Shown: positions 24,964 to 33,936 of the stretch, piece after piece
Position numbering within the stretch: position 1 is the stretch's first letter
Layout of the letters: every line of letters starts with the position of its first letter
NCBI GenBank assembly: GCA_020343495.1
Contig: CP070797.1
Span: 1,510-65,509, forward strand
Direction of reading: 5' to 3'
DNA length: 64,000 bases
From: Candidatus Omnitrophota bacterium
GTDB taxonomy: Bacteria > Omnitrophota > Gorgyraeia > Duberdicusellales > 4484-171
Notes under the pieces: model-generated
What the model saw: the letters and a program-made list of their open reading frames with translations, nothing else
The model's database searches: none
Told to the model about the DNA's origin: nothing
Translations under genes and position numbers: made by a program

Positions 24964-25035
24964 CAAAAAAGAGGAGATATTATTGAGGTTGACAGACTTT
25001 ATCACGGTTCCAACCTTGAATAGACCTCAATAATC
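24964..25035 (-). terminator. Putative terminator or long inverted repeat downstream of the parvulin-like gene
   Basis: Sense: ATTATTGAGGT (24979-24989 on plus) and ACCTCAATAAT (25024-25034 on plus) form an 11-bp stem with a 34-nt loop. They are followed by ATCTCCTC and then TTTTTT. The 8-nt gap before the U-tract and the large loop make it non-canonical. Confidence 0.35.
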
Positions 25036-25064
25036 GCCAAGACTGGCTTTAACTTTCTCAGGTA

Positions 25065-25961
25065 TTACCGAGATTGAACCTCGATATTTCGGATGACTTT
25101 ATCTTCGTAAAGTTCAACTTTCTCCTGGGAAAATGTCTGAGTAATCAACTCATTAATAATCCGGTCCCTCTGGCGCCTAGTATATTCAAACTCCACTTGC
25201 TGACGCACCTGCTTAAAAGGCTTATCCTGAGCAGGTTCTTTCTCGTTAATATGAAAGACGTAAAATTCATCCTTTATCTTAAGTACGTCAGTTACCTCGC
25301 CCTTATTAAGTTGAAAAATCTTATCTAACACCTGCGATGACAATATTTCTTCTAATTCGGGAGCAAAAGGTGCATCTTTTGAAATCCAGCTATCTATCCT
25401 GGTGATATTTCTTCCGCCGACTTTCTCAAAATTTCTGCCTTTATTCAATTGGTGGACTATTCTGTCTGCCTCCTTTTTGCTTTTTGATTTAACATAACTG
25501 AGCTTCACTTTTTCTTTTATGCGATATTTTTCTTTATTCTGCTCATAATATTTGCGCAAATCTTCTTCGCTGATTTTGAGTTTGGTGAATTCGTCAGCCA
25601 CCAACTTCTCAGCTAAAATCCCTCTCCTGGCGCGCTCTATCTCATGGATTACATCTGCTTCTCTGTCAAGTCCCTGACGCTTTGCCCTTTTAGCCAGGGC
25701 GAGGGTGGCAATATACTTACGGAAAAAATCCAGGCGCCAGGTTTTGCTCGTCTGGAAGTTCTCTTTAAGAAACCGGTTAAGTTTCTCTGATTCCCGCTCT
25801 AACTCCGAGAAGTATATCTTCTCTTTACCTATCGTTGCTATAATAAGGTCTTTGGCTGCCTCCTCTTCCTTAGACTCAGAAAAAACACTAGCCGTAACTA
25901 CAATCGTCATTACCGCCATCATTGGAACCAACAATTTTATTTTCATCATCCGCCTCTCCAT
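25065..25961 (-). CDS. Secreted PpiC/parvulin-type (SurA/PrsA-like) chaperone; the rotamase domain looks degenerate
   Basis: Signal-like MKIKLLVPMMAVMTIVVTASVFS. SurA-N-like helical region. Parvulin-like C-half: KVKLSYVKSKSKKEADRIVHQLNKGRNFEKV...LNKGEVTDVLKIKDEFYVFHINEKE. The true start is probably the internal ATGATG after GGAGAGG (M5/M6). Confidence 0.6.
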   Translation of the reverse strand: MERRMMKIKLLVPMMAVMTIVVTASVFSESKEEEAAKDLIIATIGKEKIYFSELERESEKLNRFLKENFQTSKTWRLDFFRKYIATLALAKRAKRQGLDREADVIHEIERARRGILAEKLVADEFTKLKISEEDLRKYYEQNKEKYRIKEKVKLSYVKSKSKKEADRIVHQLNKGRNFEKVGGRNITRIDSWISKDAPFAPELEEILSSQVLDKIFQLNKGEVTDVLKIKDEFYVFHINEKEPAQDKPFKQVRQQVEFEYTRRQRDRIINELITQTFSQEKVELYEDKVIRNIEVQSR

Positions 25962-25979
25962 ACCCGGTGTACGTTGGGT

Positions 25980-26615
25980 TTATTCTATAAGTTTATGTTG
26001 AACGGCATACTTTATAAGTTCTGACGTCTTATGAAGCCCCAGTTTTTTAAGGAGATTATTCTTATAGTTTTCTACGGTCCTGCGGCTAATAAAAAGGACT
26101 TCGGCTATTTCTTTTGCGGTTTTTCCTTCTACTATGAGGCGTAAGATATCAGCCTCCCGTTCAGTAAGGATTTCTTCAGCCGGTCCCTTGCCCTCACGGG
26201 TAACTTTTTCTATCATATACCGGGAAACCTGAGGGCTCATATACACCTCTCCCTTAGAAACATTACGTAAAGCCGGCAAGAGTTCCTCAACAACGTTCTC
26301 CTTATGAAGATACCCTTTAACGCCTAACTTCAATGCTTTTGCTATATAAATATTTGCCCGGTGCACTGTAACCATAATGACTTTTGTATTCGGCGAAAGA
26401 TAACGAATTTGCTCAATTACATCAAGGCCGCTCTTTTTAGGCATTGTAATATCCAGGAGAATGATATCCGGTTTAAGATTTTCTGTATTGCGAATAACTT
26501 CTTCTCCGTCTACAGCCTCACCCACCACTTTATACTCTGCCTGATTACGTAATATACTCTTGATTCCTTCACGAATAACGTCGTGATCGTCAGCAATCAA
26601 TACTTTCACCGCCAT
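25980..26615 (-). CDS. NarL/FixJ-family response regulator (REC + LuxR-type HTH)
   Basis: VLIADDHDVIREG...DIILLDITMPKKSGLDV...LTEREADILRLIVEGKTAKEIAEVLFISRRTVENYKNNLLKKLG. Confidence 0.9.
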   Translation of the reverse strand: MAVKVLIADDHDVIREGIKSILRNQAEYKVVGEAVDGEEVIRNTENLKPDIILLDITMPKKSGLDVIEQIRYLSPNTKVIMVTVHRANIYIAKALKLGVKGYLHKENVVEELLPALRNVSKGEVYMSPQVSRYMIEKVTREGKGPAEEILTEREADILRLIVEGKTAKEIAEVLFISRRTVENYKNNLLKKLGLHKTSELIKYAVQHKLIE

Positions 26616-26629
26616 TTCTTGTCTCCTTC

Positions 26630-27967
26630 TTACACTACCAATTCCACACTAATCTTAGTTCCTTTACTCACCTGGCTCTTAATATCCAACTTACCGCCTA
26701 AGAGCTCTATCCTTTCCCTTAACCCCTGTAAGCCCAGCTTCAACTTATCTTCACGTCGGCGCCGCGGCCGAGTGAGAAACTGCTGGTAATCAAACCCTTT
26801 ACCGTCGTCGCTAACGCTAAGATACACGGTGCGGTCTTTTTTCTGAAGGGATACCGTAACATTTCTTGCGTCAGCGTGTTTAATAACATTGGTTAAACAC
26901 TCCTGCACTACGCGGTAAAGAGCAAGGCTGTATTCGGGAGCGAGTTTTAAATCATAAGCCGGCTTATAATAGCGGTACTTACAATGCATTAGTTTCTGGT
27001 GTTCCGACACTAAAGCAGCGATACTTTCTACCAACCCTAAATCATCCAACTCCGGCGGCCGCAACAACTCAGAAATATTATGCCCTCTATAAATTAAGCT
27101 GTCTAATATCCCTTTACTTTTCTCAATCTTTTCTCTCTGCTCAAGGTTTTTGCCCTCTATATTTTTCTCAATAAGTTCTAAATAAATCTTTAATGCGCTT
27201 AAGTCCTGGCTTAACTGGTCGTGAATTTGACGGGAAAGGTTTTTACGTTCCTCCTCTTCCAGGCGAATCATTTTGCGGACAAGCCATTCCCGTCTCGTGC
27301 GTTCCTCTTCAAGGCTCTTATACACAAAAACAGCGATAGTTACTCCCAAAAGGATACTAAAAACCAAACTCACTAATAAAATAGCTGTAGAAACGTCCTT
27401 CTGTCTATAAGTTAACTTTAACTGCCGCTCAATATCTTTAAGATTGTTTTTACTTAACGTATTGGCCAGGAGGTCATCAATGCGGTAAAACTTATTTTCA
27501 AAAGAAATAAGAAATCTATTTACTTTTTCGCTGTCTTCGGCAGCGCTGTCTACTAACTCAATAAGTTTTTTACCGGTTTCTTCCAATCCTTTAGCTAATT
27601 CCTCAATAATTTTAAGCCAGTTCTCCTCTTGCTGTGAATCTGCCAGTAAATAATATTGCTTAATATAGTCTTTAAACTTAGCAGAGGATTTCTCAATAAA
27701 GTTCATATCGGAAGCAACTGAGGCAGCGTGCAGATACTTAGAAATACGCCAGGACACGTAATTGCGGACCCCCATGGAGTAAAAAGTGTTTTCAATTTTC
27801 ATCTCTAAAATTACCCTCTCTTTGGGTAAATACTTCTGCTCAAAATTCTCAATGGCTTTAGTCAAAACGTTAATTTGCAGCAGCCCCATAATGCCAATAC
27901 TTACGGTAAGGACAAGAAATAAACCAAACCCGATTAATAGCCTTTTTTCTCTAAAATATACTTTCAT
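26630..27967 (-). CDS. Sensor histidine kinase, HisKA_3/NarX-LiaS type, with a ~160-aa extracytoplasmic helical region
   Basis: TM1 at residues ~10-30 and TM2 at ~193-216. H-box RQIHDQLSQDLSALK. HATPase motifs ECLTNVIKHA, VSDDGKGFD, GLQGLRERIELLGG. Confidence 0.9.
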   Translation of the reverse strand: MKVYFREKRLLIGFGLFLVLTVSIGIMGLLQINVLTKAIENFEQKYLPKERVILEMKIENTFYSMGVRNYVSWRISKYLHAASVASDMNFIEKSSAKFKDYIKQYYLLADSQQEENWLKIIEELAKGLEETGKKLIELVDSAAEDSEKVNRFLISFENKFYRIDDLLANTLSKNNLKDIERQLKLTYRQKDVSTAILLVSLVFSILLGVTIAVFVYKSLEEERTRREWLVRKMIRLEEEERKNLSRQIHDQLSQDLSALKIYLELIEKNIEGKNLEQREKIEKSKGILDSLIYRGHNISELLRPPELDDLGLVESIAALVSEHQKLMHCKYRYYKPAYDLKLAPEYSLALYRVVQECLTNVIKHADARNVTVSLQKKDRTVYLSVSDDGKGFDYQQFLTRPRRRREDKLKLGLQGLRERIELLGGKLDIKSQVSKGTKISVELVV

Positions 27968-27988
27968 TGTCTCTGTTAACGATATAAT

Positions 27989-28729
27989 CTATTGGGAATA
28001 TTTTCCTTCAGGGAAAACCTGCTGATAAACCACGTCCTTAAGCCGGTTTATCCAGTTTAAGACTTCTTGCTTATCGGATGCCTCAGGTTTAAGTTCTAAA
28101 TATTTCTGATAATGAAGGATAGCTTTCTCCGGCTCTAAATTAAAGTTTTCATACAAAAGGCCTAAATTATAATGTGCCTCAGCATTCTTTGGTTCAAAAC
28201 TTAAAGATTTCTCATAGGCCTCAACAGCTTTACTGAAAAGCTTAGCCTGAACATAGGATACTCCTAAATTATAATAGTAGAATCCTCTTTCTTTTCTTAA
28301 AGTCTCTTCTAAAGTTACTACTTTCGCTTTAAGCTCGCTGTGTTCTTTAGCTAAAACATCCTGCTTCTCGTCTTTGGCTTCCGTTTCTTTAGTCATCTGG
28401 CTCTTTAATAATTCCAGCTGGCTACTTAAATTTTCTATATTTATATCTTTTCCTTCTACTGAGGATTTTAACTTTTTAATCTCTTCTTGCAACTGAGTAG
28501 TAAACTTTGTATAGTAAACCGCGTCAGCCTGAAACTCCTGGTTTTCCTCAAGTATTGTTTTCTTCTCTTTCTCCAAACGCTTAATATCTTCTTTTAGTTT
28601 CTCTGCTAGCTGGTCCGACTGGTCTAACTGCATCTGAAAAGAACTACCTTTTAAATAGAAACTTACCGCTACTGCAGCTATTGATATACTCCAAATTACA
28701 AGAATCGCGACCAAAATTTTCTGCGTCAT
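27989..28729 (-). CDS. Membrane-anchored coiled-coil + TPR protein
   Basis: N-terminal TM ILVAILVIWSISIAAVAVSFYL. About 110 aa of heptad-rich KE/LE sequence. C-terminal TPR-like region: YYNLGVSYVQAKLFSKAVEAYEKSLSFEPKNAEAHYNLGLLY. Confidence 0.7.
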   Translation of the reverse strand: MTQKILVAILVIWSISIAAVAVSFYLKGSSFQMQLDQSDQLAEKLKEDIKRLEKEKKTILEENQEFQADAVYYTKFTTQLQEEIKKLKSSVEGKDINIENLSSQLELLKSQMTKETEAKDEKQDVLAKEHSELKAKVVTLEETLRKERGFYYYNLGVSYVQAKLFSKAVEAYEKSLSFEPKNAEAHYNLGLLYENFNLEPEKAILHYQKYLELKPEASDKQEVLNWINRLKDVVYQQVFPEGKYSQ

Positions 28730-28751
28730 CTGCTACTACCGATTACAGGCG

Positions 28752-28765
28752 AGGGGCCTTCCCCT
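28752..28765 (-). other. Small GC-rich hairpin between the two TPR genes
   Basis: Sense AGGGG-AAGG-CCCCT (5-bp stem, 4-nt loop). No U-tract follows. Confidence 0.3.
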
Positions 28766-28766
28766 T

Positions 28767-29777
28767 TTACTGTAGAATATTTATCAGGTCTCTTGCTTTT
28801 TCGTTATATTTACCGTAAGGCTCCAACTCCAGATACTCGCGAAAACATTCTACGGCTATTTTAGAATCTTTTCTTTGATATTGATACAACAGCCCCAGGT
28901 AATAATATATAAGAGGGTCATCTGCCCTCAGGGTTAAAGATTTCTTATACGCTTCTATCGCTTCATTATACAACTTTGCCTTAACATAAGAAGCTGCTAA
29001 CTGTGCATAAAGAGCTGACTTTTCTTTTTTATTCTTTTCTTTCTCTTTAGATAAAGCTTGGGAAAACGCCGCCAGTTTCTCTTCTAAAGCCTTATTCTTA
29101 GCTTCAACTTCAGACACGCCAGCCGCAAATGCAGCTAATTTATCCTTAGAATCTTTCTCATCTTGCTTTTGTCCCTCATCTGATTTAGCTTTGGCTGCCC
29201 TTTTTATATCACGTTCAAACTTATCCAGGACTTCGTCTAACTCACTCCTGGTGTAACTTTTTCCTGTCAGCGGCGCTGCCTTCCTTCCCACATCTTCTAC
29301 GGATACGCCCAGTTTAGCGGCTATATCTGCAAGATGTTGTTGTGCTTTATCTGTCCAGGGATCACTTTTCTCTCCCAACTTTATTCTCCTCCTCCAGTAA
29401 TAGGCAGATTCCTGATAATCGCCTTTCTCTTCATAAAGCAAGGCTAAATTAGAATATGCGCTTATACATTTGGGGTCTTTCTCTATACATTTTAAATAAT
29501 ACCGGGCTGCTTCTTGAGGCTGGCCCTTTGCTTCATATATAACTCCTATATCATTATAGAGAATAAAATAGGCGGGGTCTAAAGTTAAAGCTCGCTGGTA
29601 AAAACTCATTGCAGCATCTATATCGCCTTTTTTCTGAGAGGCGTACCCTTTATTTCGAAGTTCTCTTGCACTTTGCTGTAATGCCGTCAATTGCCCGGCT
29701 TCTAAATAAGGAACATAGATAAAAACTGCTATTAAAAAAGACAGAACTCCAAACTTTAATCCCAAACATCTCATCAA
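28767..29777 (-). CDS. Secreted TPR / coiled-coil / TPR protein
   Basis: Signal-like LKFGVLSFLIAVFIYVPYLEA. TPR units: AMSFYQRALTLDPAYFILYNDIGVIYEAKGQPQEAARYYLKCIEKDPK and more. A central charged coiled coil, then C-terminal TPRs. Confidence 0.7.
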   Translation of the reverse strand: MMRCLGLKFGVLSFLIAVFIYVPYLEAGQLTALQQSARELRNKGYASQKKGDIDAAMSFYQRALTLDPAYFILYNDIGVIYEAKGQPQEAARYYLKCIEKDPKCISAYSNLALLYEEKGDYQESAYYWRRRIKLGEKSDPWTDKAQQHLADIAAKLGVSVEDVGRKAAPLTGKSYTRSELDEVLDKFERDIKRAAKAKSDEGQKQDEKDSKDKLAAFAAGVSEVEAKNKALEEKLAAFSQALSKEKEKNKKEKSALYAQLAASYVKAKLYNEAIEAYKKSLTLRADDPLIYYYLGLLYQYQRKDSKIAVECFREYLELEPYGKYNEKARDLINILQ

Positions 29778-29828
29778 TTTATTGTATCCTAAAAACAGTA
29801 AAAACTAAAGACTTAAAATAAAAAATTA

Positions 29829-31583
29829 CTATTTTAGATCTTTTGTTCCTTTAATTTTTTTCTGAATATCGGATTCTTTTTGTTCTTTTGCCTCTTTGGT
29901 TTTTCTTAAAACCAATTCTTCTACGGGATGGCCGACTTTTTTGACTTCTATTTTTTCTATTTCTTCTAAAACTATTCTATCTTTCATATGAGACGTCATA
30001 ACTTCCTTAGGAACAACCTTCTCAATTTCTGCTCCTGATAAAGCTTTCACTCCCGGCGTAATTCTCGGAGTAAGAAATATAACTGTTTCGGTCTTTTTAA
30101 GGCGGCGGTCGCGGTTAGAAAATAACCCGCTTATAAGAGGGATTTTTGCAAGAAGGGGGTTACCGGAAATAGTTTCTCTATCTTCATCTTTAATTAACCC
30201 CGCAACCATAATTGTAGTGCCGTCTTTTATCTTTACTACGGTTTCGGCTTCTGCCGTATCTACAATAGGGATTTCACTGCCTAAAGATGTCTCAAGAGTT
30301 GTCCTGACAGAGCTTACCTCGGGTTTTATCTTCATAGTAATAAACCCTTCTTTATTTATTGTAGGCACAACGTTTAATTTAACGCCTACGTCAATAAACT
30401 CAACTGCCTCAGCAGTAACGGTAGTGGTTCCCTGGCTTTGCGTTTGGCTTACGTAAGCTTCCCTTGACCCTACGAGAATTTTTGCTTCTTCACCGCTTAC
30501 TACACAGAGCCGCGGACGTGACAAGATTTTTACGTCGGTATATTCCTGTAAATACTGTACCACCGCCTTATAGCCGTCAGAGGCGACTGTGCCTACGCTT
30601 AACTGCTGATATGAAGACAAACTGCTTACGGAAAATTCACCCGTCAAATCCAGGCCGTGAAAATTTTCCCGGTTAAACAGTTTCTCCCAATCAATCCCTC
30701 TTCTGAAACGGTCATCCAGAGTAATTTCTAAGATTTCTGCTTCAATAAAAACCTGTCGGGATTCCTCATCAAAAGCTTGGAGCATCTTCTCTACTTCAAC
30801 CAGTTTTTGCGGCAAATCCGAAACAAACACTTTACTGCTTCTTTCGTCTACAACAACCTCTCCCGTATCAGCGGTTACGACATTAGTTAAACTCGTCTTA
30901 ATATCTTCGGCTTTTGAATAATTCAAATCAAACACTGCTGTCTGAAGCGGTTTATCTAAGTTTTCAATAGTTTCCTCCATTAAAGCTAAATTCTGGGGCG
31001 TATCAAGGATGACAATAACCCCTGAGGCTTTATCAACAATAACTTTACCTATATCAGACTTTACACTTCCCAACGCAGAAAATATATTCTCAGGATTGGC
31101 ATACTTTAGCTTAAAACTCTTAAACGCTCTCTTCTCAATATAATCCCGGCCGTACTGAGCCTTGTACTCCTTGGCAGTCATTACAAAAATGACTCTATCT
31201 TTCTCTTCAACAGCAAGCCCCTGGCTGACGAGAATAACGTCAATAGCATCTTGGAAAGTAACCTTGTTCAAGAAAATATTAATGCGGCCTCTAACATTCT
31301 TGCTGGGAACAATAGTTTTGTCTGTTTTTATAGACAATACCCTAAAAAGGTCTGTAATATCAACGCCTTTCAAGTCTAAAGATATCTCCTCTCCATCCAC
31401 ATTAACGTCTCCATCTTCAACGTTGCTAGTTTTCCCTGGCGCAGAAGCTTCCTGAGATTTGGGAGCCTGCGGGGAAACAGGCAATTCTGTAGATGCAGAA
31501 TTTTCCTGGGCGCAGGTAAAAGTCATATTACCCAACACCAAACAAATCACAAAAAAAGGCGTAAAAAGGATTTTTCCTGTCAT
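29829..31583 (-). CDS. Secretin family protein (GspD/PilQ/MshL-like), paralog 2
   Basis: N0/STN-like region: ISLDLKGVDITDLFRVLSIKTDKTIVPSKNVRGRINIFLNKVTFQDAIDVIL. C-terminal secretin core: ILSRPRLCVVSGEEAKILVG...GVKLNVVPTINKEGFITMKIKPEVSS...GNPLLAKIPLISGLFSNRD...TETVIFLTPRI. It ends in an ~80-aa charged tail. Confidence 0.85.
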   Translation of the reverse strand: MTGKILFTPFFVICLVLGNMTFTCAQENSASTELPVSPQAPKSQEASAPGKTSNVEDGDVNVDGEEISLDLKGVDITDLFRVLSIKTDKTIVPSKNVRGRINIFLNKVTFQDAIDVILVSQGLAVEEKDRVIFVMTAKEYKAQYGRDYIEKRAFKSFKLKYANPENIFSALGSVKSDIGKVIVDKASGVIVILDTPQNLALMEETIENLDKPLQTAVFDLNYSKAEDIKTSLTNVVTADTGEVVVDERSSKVFVSDLPQKLVEVEKMLQAFDEESRQVFIEAEILEITLDDRFRRGIDWEKLFNRENFHGLDLTGEFSVSSLSSYQQLSVGTVASDGYKAVVQYLQEYTDVKILSRPRLCVVSGEEAKILVGSREAYVSQTQSQGTTTVTAEAVEFIDVGVKLNVVPTINKEGFITMKIKPEVSSVRTTLETSLGSEIPIVDTAEAETVVKIKDGTTIMVAGLIKDEDRETISGNPLLAKIPLISGLFSNRDRRLKKTETVIFLTPRITPGVKALSGAEIEKVVPKEVMTSHMKDRIVLEEIEKIEVKKVGHPVEELVLRKTKEAKEQKESDIQKKIKGTKDLK

Positions 31584-31597
31584 ACTTTATAATTTTA

Positions 31598-31644
31598 TCA
31601 CAGAAAATTAAAAAACAGAAGAATTTGACTACGATTTTCTGTGA
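31598..31644 (-). promoter_or_regulatory. 11-bp inverted repeat between the two secretin genes, with a competing terminator-like pairing
   Basis: Plus strand tcacagaaaat (31598-31608) pairs with attttctgtga (31634-31644). On the sense strand the 5' arm ACAGAA (31637-31642) can instead pair with TTCTGT (31615-31620), which is directly followed by TTTTT. Confidence 0.4.
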
Positions 31645-31648
31645 ACTT

Positions 31649-33265
31649 TCAATATTCTTTTATACCTTTCAACTTTGACCAAAGTTCTTCGCCTAAATCT
31701 GGAGGTTGGACAACTTCTGCTTCTATCTCCGACAGTTTTGTATCAACTTCATCGTCTCCTAACTTCACCAAAACATCCTCATCCAAAGCTCCCGTAACAA
31801 TCCTGGGAGTAAGAAAAACAATAAACTCTGTCCGTTTCTTAAGGACATCCCGCTTACTAAAAATGCCGCCAATAATAGGAATTTTAGCTAAACCCGGTAT
31901 CCCGTAAACCGTATCGTCGTCCCTGTCCTTTACTAATCCGGCGACCATAAGAGTTGTTCCGTCTTTAACTTTCACTATGGTTTCGGCTTCGGAAGTATCA
32001 ACAATAGGAATAGTGCTGCCTTCAGCAGTCGTAAGAGTTCCGCTTATTGAACTTACTTCCGGCTTAATCTTCATAGTAATAAACCCTTCCTTATTAATTG
32101 TGGGTGTAACGTTCAACTTAATTCCTATATCAACAAATTCTATAGCTTCTGCGGTAACAATTGTCTCTTCTGACTGGCTTTGAGTCTGCGACACGTAAGG
32201 CTGCCGCGTTCCCAGCAAAAACTTTGCCTCCTCGTTATTCACTACTACAATTTGCGGCTGAGACAGCGTTCTTACCTCGCCCTGAGTCCTTAAAAAATCT
32301 AACAATACATAGTATTCATCATCTGCTACTGCCCCTATATTAATCCTGCCAAAAGCAGTTAAACTTTCCTCAAAACTTGACCTTAAAGTAAAATGGCCGA
32401 TCCTGCGCCAGTCAATGCCGCGCTGGGTCCGGTCAGTAAACGTAACCTCAACAATCTTTGTCGCGATAGCAACCTGACGGCTGCCTTCGTCAAATGCAGA
32501 AACCAACTGAGTAATCGTCCTTATCCTCTCCTGAAGGTCAGAAACTACCACTTTAGAAGTGCGCTCGTCAATAACCACTCTCCCTACGTTAGGCGTAAGA
32601 AAGTTATCTAAATACTCTTTTACGTCAGCCGGTTTTGCATAGTTTAAGTCAAAAACTATTGTTCTTAACGGTTTATCCAACTCACTAACTGCCTGCGTCA
32701 TTAATTCCAAAACATCCGGCGCATCAACAACCAAAAAAGTCCCTGAAGTTTCGTCAGTAATAACTTTCCCGATCTCAGACTTCAGCTCCTTCAATACGGC
32801 AGCAACATTACTTGGTTTAGCATATTTAAGTTTAAAACTTTTAAATTCTCTTCTTTCATTAAACTTGACGCCAAAAAGGCCTGAGTACTCAGATGCGCTC
32901 ATAATAGTAATAATATTGCCTTTTTTCTCATAAGCTAAATCCTGACTAAGCAAAATTACATCTAAAGCGTCATCAAAACTAACTTTGTCTAAAAAAATAT
33001 TCATCCGGCCCTTTACCTCTTTACTGGGCATAATCGTAAGCCCGCTTTTAATAGCTAGTATCTTAAACAATTCTCTGATATCTACATTTTTTAAATCTAA
33101 AGATATTAATTCTTCTTCCGATTCAGACTCTACTAAACCAGATGCGTCCGTATCAATCTCTTCCTGAGCCCAGGAGAATAATTCAAAATTAAATTTTGCC
33201 CCTACCATAAGGCCCAGACTAACTGCGGCTAACCCTATTATAAAAAGCCTCTTTACTCTTCTCAT
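31649..33265 (-). CDS. Secretin family protein (GspD/PilQ/MshL-like), paralog 1
   Basis: Same architecture as 29829-31583. N0/STN-like: ISLDLKNVDIRELFKILAIKSGLTIMPSKEVKGRMNIFLDKVSFDDALDVIL. Secretin core: LSQPQIVVVNNEEAKFLLG...GIKLNVTPTINKEGFITMKIKPEVSS...GIPGLAKIPIIGGIFSKRD...TEFIVFLTPRI. Confidence 0.85.
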   Translation of the reverse strand: MRRVKRLFIIGLAAVSLGLMVGAKFNFELFSWAQEEIDTDASGLVESESEEELISLDLKNVDIRELFKILAIKSGLTIMPSKEVKGRMNIFLDKVSFDDALDVILLSQDLAYEKKGNIITIMSASEYSGLFGVKFNERREFKSFKLKYAKPSNVAAVLKELKSEIGKVITDETSGTFLVVDAPDVLELMTQAVSELDKPLRTIVFDLNYAKPADVKEYLDNFLTPNVGRVVIDERTSKVVVSDLQERIRTITQLVSAFDEGSRQVAIATKIVEVTFTDRTQRGIDWRRIGHFTLRSSFEESLTAFGRINIGAVADDEYYVLLDFLRTQGEVRTLSQPQIVVVNNEEAKFLLGTRQPYVSQTQSQSEETIVTAEAIEFVDIGIKLNVTPTINKEGFITMKIKPEVSSISGTLTTAEGSTIPIVDTSEAETIVKVKDGTTLMVAGLVKDRDDDTVYGIPGLAKIPIIGGIFSKRDVLKKRTEFIVFLTPRIVTGALDEDVLVKLGDDEVDTKLSEIEAEVVQPPDLGEELWSKLKGIKEY

Positions 33266-33266
33266 A

Positions 33267-33908
33267 TTACCTTAATTCTAATTCGCTGCCTTCTACGTCT
33301 ATCATAACTCTATTCTTATAAATCTTTTTTATCGTTATAACTCCCAACTGGTCTCCTTCCGACAAAAGATATGTTTTTTCTTCCTGTTCGTCTTCAATCA
33401 TAACCTCAGGGTTAATCTTTGACCATATAATCCCCACCAATTTTATCCCCTCAATAAGCTTTAAAACGTCTCTTTCTGTTATCTCTTCTCCTTTTTCCAC
33501 TTTTTCTTCTTTCGGAAGAGTAAAACTGAATACATTGCGTTTCTTCGCCTGGGAGATACTTTCTTCTAAACTTACGTCTAAATAAGCTTTGCTTTCCTTA
33601 AATATATTAAAGTCAGCGCTTACGGTTTCAACGGCTGCCACTCTACTCACCCATTTAACTCTGGAATAATAAAAATAAACCGCCCAAAAAACTGTTATGC
33701 CAACACATACCCCCACTAATATTTTATTAATTGTCCGCAGTTTAAACGCCTCTAGAATCTTTTTTCCTTTGCGAAGCTGCTGGATATTTAACTTAGTTTT
33801 CAGATGGTCAGCTTTTCTCTTAAAAAAGGAAAAGTGTTTTTCTGCGGCGGAAGGATTTTCTATTATCTTAAGCAATTTATCTTCGGGAGTCATCTTATCC
33901 TTTTCCAT
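33267..33908 (-). CDS. Bitopic membrane protein with a PilP/GspC-HR-like C-terminal beta domain (possible secretin-docking component)
   Basis: One TM: ILVGVCVGITVFWAVYFYY. C-terminus: IKLVGIIWSKINPEVMIEDEQEEKTYLLSEGDQLGVITIKKIYKNRVMIDVEGSELEL. Only one nucleotide (33266) separates its stop from the secretin start. The assignment is by pattern only. Confidence 0.4.
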   Translation of the reverse strand: MEKDKMTPEDKLLKIIENPSAAEKHFSFFKRKADHLKTKLNIQQLRKGKKILEAFKLRTINKILVGVCVGITVFWAVYFYYSRVKWVSRVAAVETVSADFNIFKESKAYLDVSLEESISQAKKRNVFSFTLPKEEKVEKGEEITERDVLKLIEGIKLVGIIWSKINPEVMIEDEQEEKTYLLSEGDQLGVITIKKIYKNRVMIDVEGSELELR

Positions 33909-33936
33909 TATTTTAACTCCTTCTTAATATATTTCT

